Below are positions 16,163 through 24,381 of a stretch of DNA of 32,000 nucleotides, one piece after another; within the stretch, counting starts at the first letter, position 1, and every line of letters begins with the position of its first letter. The notes beneath the pieces are model-generated. The model worked only from the letters and a program-made list of their open reading frames with translations. It was not told the DNA's origin and ran no database searches. The stretch lies in sequence record MT679222.1. One strand, 5' to 3'. The DNA comes from Proteus phage 2. The translations under genes and the position numbers were made by a program.

Positions 16163-16488
16163 TTATTAAAGTACGTAAGATATTAAACCCAGAAGTTTAC
16201 ATATTTGGAAAACCAGCACCAATATACGCTTGTGACAAGGGAGATCTATATGTCTCTTTAAAACAAGATATCTTAGATGAATTAGTTATTAACCTATCTA
16301 GCTGCACTAAAACACTACACGTAGTTGATATAGAACATAGAGATATGACTAGAGCCTATAGTAAGAAGAAACACTACCTTATTCACGGATTTAATCTTAC
16401 AGAAGTATGCAATGTACTGCGTAAGGCAGGTACTAGAACACAGATTGAAGTGGCTAACTTCCTAGAAGAGACTACTAGAAATAACTAA
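16159..16488 (+). CDS. hypothetical protein
   Basis: ATGA overlap; 109 aa. Confidence 0.75.
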   Translation: MIIKVRKILNPEVYIFGKPAPIYACDKGDLYVSLKQDILDELVINLSSCTKTLHVVDIEHRDMTRAYSKKKHYLIHGFNLTEVCNVLRKAGTRTQIEVANFLEETTRNN

Positions 16489-16662
16489 ATGAAACCACAT
16501 ATCTATAGTAAGCTCTTAAACGAACTCACACAAACAGCAAGGGTCTACAAAGACACCCAACAGCTTAGAGCGCAATTAGGTAGGGTTCTCAGCAAATATA
16601 TTGAAGTTGAACACAATACAGGAGACTCACTTAATGTTAGAGGTAACAAAGCTAGACACTAA
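16489..16662 (+). CDS. small hypothetical protein, 57 aa (not in ORF track)
   Basis: TAAATG junction with upstream gene; MKPHIYSKLLNELTQTARVYKDTQQLRAQLGRVLSKYIEVEHNTGDSLNVRGNKARH. Confidence 0.55.
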   Translation: MKPHIYSKLLNELTQTARVYKDTQQLRAQLGRVLSKYIEVEHNTGDSLNVRGNKARH

Positions 16663-16948
16663 TCTAGATATTAAAGGAGCGAAGGCATCCTTATATAGAG
16701 CAAAAGATGGAACTTTATACATTAAAGTACCATTTACAGATATTATTAATCCAGAGGATAAAACAACACTACTATCTGTATATCCAGATGTTGTTGGCAT
16801 CTACACAACTAGATACTTTGGTGGTGATAAATTTATAGATTACCACGAAGCGTACGAACTACAGAGCGTTATAGACACTGTGTGTATTTACACAAAGGAC
16901 AAGGAATTAGCAAATTTTCTTTCAATATTAAGAGATATAGTAGAATGA
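16601..16948 (+). CDS. hypothetical protein; true start may be MLEVTKLDTN downstream
   Basis: ORF track. Confidence 0.7.
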   Translation: MKLNTIQETHLMLEVTKLDTNLDIKGAKASLYRAKDGTLYIKVPFTDIINPEDKTTLLSVYPDVVGIYTTRYFGGDKFIDYHEAYELQSVIDTVCIYTKDKELANFLSILRDIVE

Positions 16949-17050
16949 AAGCAATGGAAATCAGGTCTGGTATATTAATTAAATCTCATACGCGTAATTA
17001 GGCAATAACAATGTTAGACAATACAAAGGAGAGCACAATGGAAACTAAAA

Positions 17051-17437
17051 ATGTTAGGTAAATCAAAACTTGAAGATGCAGTATTAGATGCAATTATCGA
17101 AGACCCAGCCAAGCTAGAGGAGCAATTAGATTTCTTAGCCGCTGTAGAAGATTATTCTGAAGAAGATTACGAGGCGGGTGAACAATTAAAACAGGAGGTA
17201 ATAGAGGGACTTAACCAAATAGACCAGATTAAAACACACTTAAGATCCCTATTGCAGGAAGTTCGTTATGATATAGAGAATGTAGAAGTTGATAATTATA
17301 TAAATCATACGTGTGAATTTATTCCTTACCATACTTCAGAGACATGGAAGAGACTAGAACCGGGGGATGGCGTTAGAACTACTTATTCGCAATGCCCATT
17401 ATGTGGTGAAAAGAAAGTAACTGAGAAGATTATCTAA
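17051..17437 (+). CDS. hypothetical acidic protein with C-terminal H..C...H...C..C arrangement
   Basis: HTCEFIPYHTSETWKRLEPGDGVRTTYSQCPLCGEKKV. Confidence 0.75.
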   Translation: MLGKSKLEDAVLDAIIEDPAKLEEQLDFLAAVEDYSEEDYEAGEQLKQEVIEGLNQIDQIKTHLRSLLQEVRYDIENVEVDNYINHTCEFIPYHTSETWKRLEPGDGVRTTYSQCPLCGEKKVTEKII

Positions 17438-17447
17438 TCAGATTAAA

Positions 17448-18476
17448 TTGGGTGGATTTAGCGAAGCTAGTCTCACCCAACCTACTATTAAAGGAGACAA
17501 AATGAAAGTACCATTAAACACCTTTCTACAGAGAGAGAATGTGATAGGAAATGAACACTTATTCCAAAAGGCATGGGATGAATTCCAAGAACTAGACGGT
17601 ATGAAAGTATCGGAAATGAATGATAGACAGAAAGCTCTAGTGCTTATATTCACTAAGCGTGTTATTAGTAAATCAGGGCTACTAGAAAGAGTTGTACACC
17701 AGATAGCTGTGCACACATTAGCATACCTAGGGGTTACCGACTCTACCTCTGTCTCCTCTTCCATCTATAAAATAGATATTAAGGAAGATGTTGAATGTAC
17801 ATTAGAGCAAACAATATTCCCTAGAAGTGAAGCACCATTCATTTGCTCTATACTACATCTAGACGAAGGGTTTGTTCCACTAGAATATCATAATGGGAAG
17901 AAGCAATATCGTATATTCTTCTATAAAACAGAATATAGAGTATCAGTTAAAAACCCAGACCAACTTAATCCAGCGTATGAATCTGTTAAATATGATTATG
18001 CAGAAGCGTATAAACAAGTAATTCTTAAAGCTAAGAAGTTACCAGTAGCAACGTCAGATACCTCATGTACAAAAGCAGTATGGGCAGCTATCTACGCTCT
18101 AGCAGACAGGGTAGATGATACTCTAGTAGCTAAACCTAATAGTGGAGTAGAGTTTAATATACCAATAGACTCACTACTACCGTTTGATAAACCATACTCA
18201 GAAGTACCACTAGAGGGGTCTATAGGATTCAAAAATGAGGTAACTACTTACCACATTGCCGAAGCAATTATGCAATGGGCTACTAGAATAGTAACAAATC
18301 AAGCTACAGATAATGACTTAGATGCACAATCTGTACAGTGCCCAACATTCAAAGCCACATGCAAAAAGGTATACCTAGACGTACCAAAAATAGAGACTAG
18401 AGAATGTACTAACTCTCGCAGTTTTTCTTCGCATTCACTGTCACTCATCATGGACGAGTACTTAAACATTAATTAA
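17448..18476 (+). CDS. hypothetical protein; likely start MKVPLNTFLQREN near 17502
   Basis: AAAGGAG before the internal ATG; long ORF. Confidence 0.85.
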   Translation: MGGFSEASLTQPTIKGDKMKVPLNTFLQRENVIGNEHLFQKAWDEFQELDGMKVSEMNDRQKALVLIFTKRVISKSGLLERVVHQIAVHTLAYLGVTDSTSVSSSIYKIDIKEDVECTLEQTIFPRSEAPFICSILHLDEGFVPLEYHNGKKQYRIFFYKTEYRVSVKNPDQLNPAYESVKYDYAEAYKQVILKAKKLPVATSDTSCTKAVWAAIYALADRVDDTLVAKPNSGVEFNIPIDSLLPFDKPYSEVPLEGSIGFKNEVTTYHIAEAIMQWATRIVTNQATDNDLDAQSVQCPTFKATCKKVYLDVPKIETRECTNSRSFSSHSLSLIMDEYLNIN

Positions 18477-18503
18477 TTACATACCCTAGAAAATAAAATC
18501 TTG

Positions 18504-18532
18504 TTGACAAATATTTCAGAGTATGTTATAAT
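18504..18532 (+). promoter_or_regulatory. consensus sigma70 promoter, TTGACA-N17-TATAAT
   Basis: Perfect hexamers, 17-bp spacer, no ORF downstream. Confidence 0.9.
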
Positions 18533-18538
18533 TAAACC

Positions 18539-18700
18539 ATGATTTGAAGAATTATAAAGAGTGCGTTTAATTGGAGGGGATGTGAGTACGTAGTATGAAC
18601 ACTAGGCAAGTCGACGGGTCGGAAGGAGGAGACGTGGAATAGTGATTCATACGATGCGAACTACACGTCCCCGACTCCAAGTTTAAAGATAAAGTATGCT
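18539..18700 (+). ncRNA. candidate structured small RNA
   Basis: TTGGA+GGGGATGTG (18571-18584) pairs with CACGTCCCC-GAC-TCCAA (18664-18680); inner helix GTATGAACACTA (18593-18604) with TAGTG-A-TTCATAC (18640-18652); purine-rich apical GGAAGGAGGAG. Confidence 0.7.
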
Positions 18701-19050
18701 TTAAGTATTTTAAGTTAGTATAACAAACAATAACACTTGGTTGGGGGAAGTTGTACCTATTATATATGTAAAAAGAAAATTTTTAATGAAAAAAACGAGG
18801 TAGGATGGTTATTTTAATAGTAAGATTTATTAATGAAAAGACTTGGTAACATAGTTTTATTCGCCAGAACTGCCCCCCATTTTCCGCTAGACAACTTCCC
18901 AATCCATTTCTAGAGATAATTAAATGTATCATTCAGCCTCTAGAATAGTAAATAAAAAGATACTTTTCTCCCTATTCCCACCTTTAATGCCTTCTAGTAA
19001 TATTAGTAGGCATTACTTCTCATTCATTCCTGTTTCTCCCCAATTCCACG

Positions 19051-19207
19051 CCATTCTGTTATTCCCACTATTCTATTATTCCCAGCCATTCTATTACTCA
19101 CTATTCTATTACTCACTATTCTATTACTCACCTTTCTATCATTCCCCACCATTCTATTATTTCCAGCCATTCTAGTATTCCCCACCATTCTATTATTCCC
19201 GCCATTC
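19051..19207. repeat. degenerate tandem array, consensus CCATTCTATTATTCCCA, nine units of 15-18 bp plus a partial unit
   Basis: Unit starts at 19051, 19068, 19086, 19101, 19116, 19131, 19149, 19167, 19185. Confidence 0.9.
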
Positions 19208-19969
19208 GTCACAGTCTTGCTTAAAGCACATTTGTGACAAACCCAGTGTAAGACATCAAAATGAGACACCAATCTCAAAAATACTTCCTCTCGTAATTTC
19301 TTCCTAGCTATAAACTAAATGCCCACATCAGTAGCCCTATGATTTTATAATTATAATCATTAAGACATAAGAAAGTTGTCTCTATTTTGCCGGTGGCACG
19401 TTTGAGACGGGCAGCCACCCCCGTAAATTTTTGTCAAGCCTTTCCCTAGTGTTTTGCAAATAATTTTTTAGGCACAGGGCGGTTATAGATCAGGGGGGTT
19501 TCGCTCTAAGAGCGAGTTCCTACAAAGCAGACCCACCCCTACCCCAAATAGCGGTCAACTGTTGTCCCAACAAACATACCCACTACTAAAAATGTAAAAG
19601 CCTGCAAAAGTATGTAAAATCCTCCCAGAATCCCCACAATGCCCACAAATAATTTCCCACACATGTAATTCTATGCAAATCTCTGCAAATCCCCTGCAAA
19701 GCTATCTCTAGCCCAATATTTACCTACCCATAGATAAAAGTCCCCCAGCAACCCATCCTCTACCTTCCTAAGCCTCTCTAGCATTAATTACCACCATTCC
19801 GCTTCGCGAATACTCAGCTAAACAGCTCTAGCTAACAATTACTAATTCAATACGCGTATACTACATCCCCGAATAAATTATACAACATAAAATTTAACCT
19901 AGGCAATCATATTCCCAAAACTAATTTTGAGTATAAAGATTCTTGATAATACCCCGTTCAGTTAGTTAT

Positions 19970-19996
19970 CCACCAGCCAGACAAATCAGCTGGTGG
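19970..19996. other. strong hairpin CCACCAGC/GCTGGTGG overlapping a near-consensus DnaA box (TTATCCACC, 19966-19974)
   Basis: Perfect 8-bp inverted repeat, 11-nt loop. Confidence 0.7.
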
Positions 19997-20212
19997 CTTT
20001 GAGAATCTTCCCCATATTGTCGCGAGTTTTGCTTTGAAGCAAGTTTCGCGAATTTCGGGTGAGGAAGAAAAATTTTCTCACAAAAATAAAAACACGTTTC
20101 GGATTTCCCAGAATAAAAAGTCCACACGTAATATTTTTGAAAAACCGAAGTCGATTACGCACATAGGCGCAGGGAAGAAGTGTTACTGAGAAGCATTCTC
20201 ACCTGCAAGTGA

Positions 20213-20337
20213 TTATCATTACTCTAGCTGAATGCGTCTAATTCGCGCCTGGTAGTAGTTATCATTACTCTAGCTGAATGCGTCTAATTCGTATATGCAA
20301 GTGATTATCATTACTCTAGCTGAATGCGACTAATTCG
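20213..20337. repeat. three 33-bp direct repeats at an exact 46-bp period (TTATCATTACTCTAGCTGAATGCG[T/A]CTAATTCG)
   Basis: Copies at 20213-20245, 20259-20291, 20305-20337; one mismatch in copy 3. Confidence 0.95.
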
Positions 20338-20369
20338 CGCTTGATAGTGAGAAACACTATCGACTAGGC

Positions 20370-20378
20370 TTATCCACA
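20370..20378 (+). promoter_or_regulatory. consensus DnaA box TTATCCACA
   Basis: Exact match; near matches TTATCAACA (20422-20430) and TTATTCACA (20433-20441) follow. Confidence 0.8.
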
Positions 20379-20588
20379 GTTATATAATTAGCTATATAAC
20401 GCTGAAACGATTCAGTTTGAGTTATCAACAAGTTATTCACAGGTTATAACTACTGTATATAATTACAGGGTCAATGTATAGGGTTAAATTCTGGTATAGG
20501 GATATTTGCGCGTATACGGCATTTTGAGGGGTTTTATGGGTAGGAGTGATACTTTAATATGGGTTAAAATGGCGGGGGCAAATAAAAA

Positions 20589-20619
20589 GTAACGCCCCGT
20601 TATAGTTACAGGGCGTTAC
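20589..20619 (-). terminator. rho-independent terminator of the minus-strand operon
   Basis: GTAACGCCC...GGGCGTTAC followed on the minus strand by TTTTTATTT. Confidence 0.85.
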
Positions 20620-20621
20620 CG

Positions 20622-20788
20622 TTATGCTCCTCTAGATGGTAGCTCTTTGAATGCTTTAGACTTACGGCACTTGGTACAGGTTATAGCCTCGCGACAATAT
20701 GGCGTTACATACTGAAAGTGCGCTGGATTACCACACACACGGCTTTACTCGTAGATTTATCTATTACATGTACTTTAGTTTTCGCCAT
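20622..20788 (-). pseudogene. small zinc-motif protein interrupted by a +2 shift in a GTGTGTGTG tract
   Basis: GAGGG Shine-Dalgarno and ATG at 20788; removing one GT restores MAKTKVHVIDKSTSKAVCGNPAHFQYVTPYCREAITCTKCRKSKAFKELPSRGA. Confidence 0.6.
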
Positions 20789-20885
20789 CGTTTAGCCCTC
20801 AATAGTCATTAAATAGTTTAGGGTAGTGTTACCCAGTTCCTATAATGTAACACTACCGAACACACAAAGCAAGGGATTTTGCATA

Positions 20886-21212
20886 TTATAGCGGTGAATA
20901 AATAGCCACTAGCTCAAGCTCACCATTATCAAGGATTCTAAATAGCTTGCCTTTAAGGTCATTAGCAAAATGTTCATGTAACCCCATATAAACGTTACAA
21001 TCAACTATGTGCCCCCAATACTCGAATTCTAATGTAATTGAGCTAAGAGAGCCAGTTTTATCCTTACTAGTAGCTAGATGCACATCACTGCATTCATGGG
21101 AAATAATTACAGGGGGCTGATCACTGAACAGATCACTGAACCAATCAACCCATATAAATTGATGATTATCAGGAACATCACAGGTTATATTTCCAATAAC
21201 TACTTTACGCAT
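20886..21212 (-). CDS. hypothetical pre-early protein
   Basis: ORF track, 108 aa. Confidence 0.75.
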   Translation of the reverse strand: MRKVVIGNITCDVPDNHQFIWVDWFSDLFSDQPPVIISHECSDVHLATSKDKTGSLSSITLEFEYWGHIVDCNVYMGLHEHFANDLKGKLFRILDNGELELVAIYSPL

Positions 21213-21588
21213 AGCAAGCCCCTTGTGTCATATCAGATTTAACAGTAGGTCTATGCAACTGGACGTTAATAATAACACGCGTAACATGGAAAGGCTCACT
21301 ATACGGCAACACCTTAACAGCATACTGATATTCAGTGCAACCGACTGTATAGACAAAGCTGTCTATTAAGCCTTCATTAGCTTCTAGGGCGGTGCTGATA
21401 GCTGTTATCATGCGCAGAGGTGCATGGTTAGGTTTAACTTCAGCGCAATCTAAAAGCCCATCTAGTAAAGATATTGCTCTAGCTGGATTGTTCACAAAAA
21501 CGTCTGCACTAGCTGAAAGCTCCGCTAGGCTATTGTTTACTATCAATTGAAATGATTGGTAGTTTCTCATAATACGGTCTCCGCGCAA
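21205..21588 (-). CDS. hypothetical pre-early protein; start may be MRNYQSFQL
   Basis: ORF track, 127 aa. Confidence 0.75.
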   Translation of the reverse strand: MRGDRIMRNYQSFQLIVNNSLAELSASADVFVNNPARAISLLDGLLDCAEVKPNHAPLRMITAISTALEANEGLIDSFVYTVGCTEYQYAVKVLPYSEPFHVTRVIINVQLHRPTVKSDMTQGACYA

Positions 21589-21926
21589 TCTTTGAGATGT
21601 AAGGTTGTGTTACCGTCCTTAGAAATGATAGTAAGCTCCGCGCCCTCAAAATTAACGTAGCCGTCCTCCCGTTTAGTGTCCGCCACTAGCATAGAGTTTT
21701 TGCCAACAAAAACATAAGGCGATTGTTCACCTATAAATACATCTTTATGGTATACGCCTTTAAAGGACGTTTCAATTACAAACGCCCCATTGATTCCGTA
21801 TACGTTGGCTAGTTGCGTGCTGTCGCTAGTAGTAGCTTTACACACTGTTAAATTGACTGGCTTGGTGTCACTCATTGCACTAGCAGAAAATAGACATAGC
21901 GCCAATGGAAATAAAAAACGTTTCAT
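21567..21926 (-). CDS. predicted secreted/periplasmic protein
   Basis: Signal peptide MKRFLFPLALCLFSASAMSD. Confidence 0.75.
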   Translation of the reverse strand: MKRFLFPLALCLFSASAMSDTKPVNLTVCKATTSDSTQLANVYGINGAFVIETSFKGVYHKDVFIGEQSPYVFVGKNSMLVADTKREDGYVNFEGAELTIISKDGNTTLHLKDCAETVL

Positions 21927-21975
21927 TAGATACCCCTAAAGCGGTAGCCCTTGAAAGCTACCGCTGATTAAGTTA

Positions 21976-22461
21976 TTAGTGGAAAGAAATAGGATCTTCG
22001 CCCGCGCCTGATTCCTCATACAGTGGCGTTATACCGTTATCGGATAACTCCAAGCCCTCTAGAAAGTGTTTACAATACATATTCCAGTGACCGACACCCG
22101 TAAACACTGCATCAATAAACTGCAAGGCTAATACAGGGGCGGGGCTATCGCTTTCTTTTAGTTTAGCAACGACGAGCATTTCATCAAATGGCTTTAATAA
22201 GTTATCGCTTGCCATTTCACCAAATGCTTTATAAGCTCGTTCAACGATATCGCGGGGCACGCTATCAAACAGGGCACGAGCATTCACAACCAGATCACCG
22301 CTTTCAATACTTGCCACAATATCATCAAATTTGAAAGCACAATCAATGCTAGGAGCATCTTGCTTAACGGGTAATGCTAGAATGATATCCGCGCCAGCTT
22401 GGGTTAAATAGCCCATAGATACAGCGGTAGTAATATAACGGTTAAATTTTGGATTAGACAT
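21976..22461 (-). CDS. hypothetical protein, paralogue of 22551..23105
   Basis: Shared PKFxRYxxxAVxxGxL...PSxDC...NxxALxxSV pattern. Confidence 0.8.
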   Translation of the reverse strand: MSNPKFNRYITTAVSMGYLTQAGADIILALPVKQDAPSIDCAFKFDDIVASIESGDLVVNARALFDSVPRDIVERAYKAFGEMASDNLLKPFDEMLVVAKLKESDSPAPVLALQFIDAVFTGVGHWNMYCKHFLEGLELSDNGITPLYEESGAGEDPISFH

Positions 22462-22550
22462 AATATAGACACCTTATTTTGATAGGGGCGACCTATTCGC
22501 CCCTTAATGAGTAATATAACACTAACTACTAGTTGTTGTCAACCTATTAT

Positions 22551-23105
22551 TTAGAATACAGCAGGATAAAGAGGCTCTTTGTCTAGCTCGCAGTTTTCTT
22601 CATAGTCTGGCTCACTGCCCATAAGTACGCATAGGGTAAAGGTTTCCTCCCCACTTAATAGCTCAGGGCGAAATAGCCCATTAGTAATAAACACAACATT
22701 GAGCCAGTCAAACACTTTAGGGGCTTTATCTACTACGATAGAATTTTGGCGCTCTTTAGATAATACGGTTTCATCGCCCGCAACTGCTGATAGTCGTTTA
22801 ACCGCGTTATCAACCGCTATATCACTAACACTAGCAATCAGCGCATTTAAATTAATAGAAGTAGGATCACTCTCTAGTACATCTTTTACTTTGCCCCAAT
22901 CTAGAGAACAATCTAGGCTAGGGAAATCCTGAATACAGTCAAACGTAGCATTGAATGGTACTACTTGCGGATAGCGGTTAACAAGCCCCGCAATCTGATT
23001 AACACCATCAATTGAGATAAGCCCGCGATCAACTGCTACGGCTAAGTAACGCGCAAATTTAGGCATAGTAGCAGATAATTTAATTACTTGTTTCATAATA
23101 GACAC
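22551..23105 (-). CDS. hypothetical protein, paralogue of 21976..22461; start may be an internal Met
   Basis: As above. Confidence 0.8.
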   Translation of the reverse strand: MSIMKQVIKLSATMPKFARYLAVAVDRGLISIDGVNQIAGLVNRYPQVVPFNATFDCIQDFPSLDCSLDWGKVKDVLESDPTSINLNALIASVSDIAVDNAVKRLSAVAGDETVLSKERQNSIVVDKAPKVFDWLNVVFITNGLFRPELLSGEETFTLCVLMGSEPDYEENCELDKEPLYPAVF

Positions 23106-23272
23106 CTTATTTTGATAGGCGCATTCTAGCGCCTAGTTTAATTTAATAGTTCCAATATTGCGACCAGTCAAAGGTTATAAACTTGTAAAATATAACAAGC
23201 CCTAAGATAGTTACAATATATAGCGTTGGTTTTGTACCTTTAGCAAAGTTTACTAATATATTTATTAGTTGT

Positions 23273-23668
23273 TCAATCAGTGCCCCCTATATCGCCCCAT
23301 AAGCGCAGTTTTATTCCTAGTGCGCCGTTTTGTAGTATTACAAAATTGCCACAAGTGAAAAGATACTCTATATCTTTAACGCTGTCAATAGGAAAACTTT
23401 CCCCTTGAAACGTTGCAAAAGTGATGGCGCTTTCATTGCCTATCGCTTCAATGATATCTAACAGGTGCGCTACAATACTTTCGTTAACTACCGTAGACGC
23501 TCGACCGTATATCACCGTGACGGATTCACCCCGTTTAATAGTTCCTAGCTGATACCCCTCAAGGATACTAAATAATTGACCCGTAAGAGATAGACGGGGC
23601 AATAAATGAAATGGCTTGCCGTCACGGTTTACCCTAGCACGAAAGCGCTCTAATGTAAACCGTGTCAT
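23273..23668 (-). CDS. hypothetical pre-early protein
   Basis: ORF track, 131 aa; AGGAGTAATT upstream. Confidence 0.8.
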   Translation of the reverse strand: MTRFTLERFRARVNRDGKPFHLLPRLSLTGQLFSILEGYQLGTIKRGESVTVIYGRASTVVNESIVAHLLDIIEAIGNESAITFATFQGESFPIDSVKDIEYLFTCGNFVILQNGALGIKLRLWGDIGGTD

Positions 23669-23738
23669 AATTACTCCTCCCCTTGATTAAAAGGTTGCCT
23701 AATAGCACTTTTAGCTAATGCCATAGCTATCTTATTAA

Positions 23739-23751
23739 ATTGTTAAAGAGC
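23739..23751 (-). promoter_or_regulatory. boxA-like antitermination element GCTCTTTAACAAT
   Basis: Exact match to the E. coli rrn leader boxA core (GCTCTTTAACAA). Confidence 0.7.
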
Positions 23752-23781
23752 GTATCGAGTTATTGCCTTTCGATGTGATTA

Positions 23782-23809
23782 ACTATACCCCTTTTAGGTT
23801 TTAACGCAA
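23782..23809 (-). promoter_or_regulatory. promoter of the minus-strand operon, TTGCGT-N16-TATAGT
   Basis: Minus-strand hexamers at 23804-23809 and 23782-23787; boxA-like leader downstream. Confidence 0.6.
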
Positions 23810-24100
23810 GTGTTTAATTGTAAAGAAGTGTAAGGACGCCTATAAATGAATATAGAGCGCACGCGCGTAGCATAAAGTCAAACGCTTTTATTAGCAAAAA
23901 GTGCTAAATCGAGATCTATTTGTTTTGATACTAATATATAGCTTTTATATAAAATTGCTTAGAGCCGATTCTACGACGTTCTAGTGCATACTGTATAAAT
24001 ATACAGTGTATTGACAGATTAAAATAGGTGTGTTACGCATACGCACGTTCTATTAATCCACCAGCTTTAAGAGCCGTTACACTTCTTTACAAATAAAGGC

Positions 24101-24162
24101 TTGCATCAATCCCTCATTAGTGTATATTTATAAGCGTACCAAGCAACACCGCTCTTTAAAAA
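24101..24162 (+). promoter_or_regulatory. promoter P1 (TTGCAT-N16-TATATT) plus boxA-like GCTCTTTAAAAA at 24151
   Basis: Motif spacing. Confidence 0.55.
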
Positions 24163-24275
24163 TCTAACATTCTGGTTTACTGGTTATCGGTAGGCTTCTT
24201 ACTAGCGAGTACGAGCGCGGAGTTTAGGCGAAAGCCTTTAGTAAGAAAACTTTTAGGATTCTCGAAAATAACCGC

Positions 24276-24338
24276 TTGACAATACAATTAGAATGTGGAT
24301 AATAGAAAGCGTACCAAGTAACAACGCTCTTTAACAAT
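24276..24338 (+). promoter_or_regulatory. promoter P2 (TTGACA-N17-ATAATA) plus boxA GCTCTTTAACAAT at 24326
   Basis: Motif spacing; a TGTGGATAA DnaA box (24294-24302) overlaps the -10. Confidence 0.65.
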
Positions 24339-24381
24339 CTGGCTTATTATAGGTGACTCACTACTAGCGAGGTGAATTACT

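Noticed and set aside
19024-19278. Minus-strand ORF with repetitive GNNRMVGN peptide and plus-strand ORF 18924-19175 with YYSPFYYS repeats
   Set aside because: Both are by-products of the tandem DNA array, whose units are mostly multiples of 3. No convincing ribosome-binding site, and low-complexity in both directions.
20213-20337. CRISPR-like spacing of repeats
   Set aside because: Only three copies, the intervals are 13 bp and there are no cas genes. Better explained as iterons.
22699-22932. Plus-strand ORF antisense to the paralogous pre-early gene; also 30839-31129 and 31556-31747
   Set aside because: Overlap better ORFs in the opposite strand and show no coding-like motifs.
20886-23668. 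Interpretation of the 20.6-29.4 kb block as an inserted plasmid or mobile element
   Set aside because: Host-like rrn leader motifs and different codon flavour suggested this at first. There is no transposase, integrase or replication gene, while A1-like and dmp-like genes with a DnaA-box/repeat region fit T5 pre-early DNA better.
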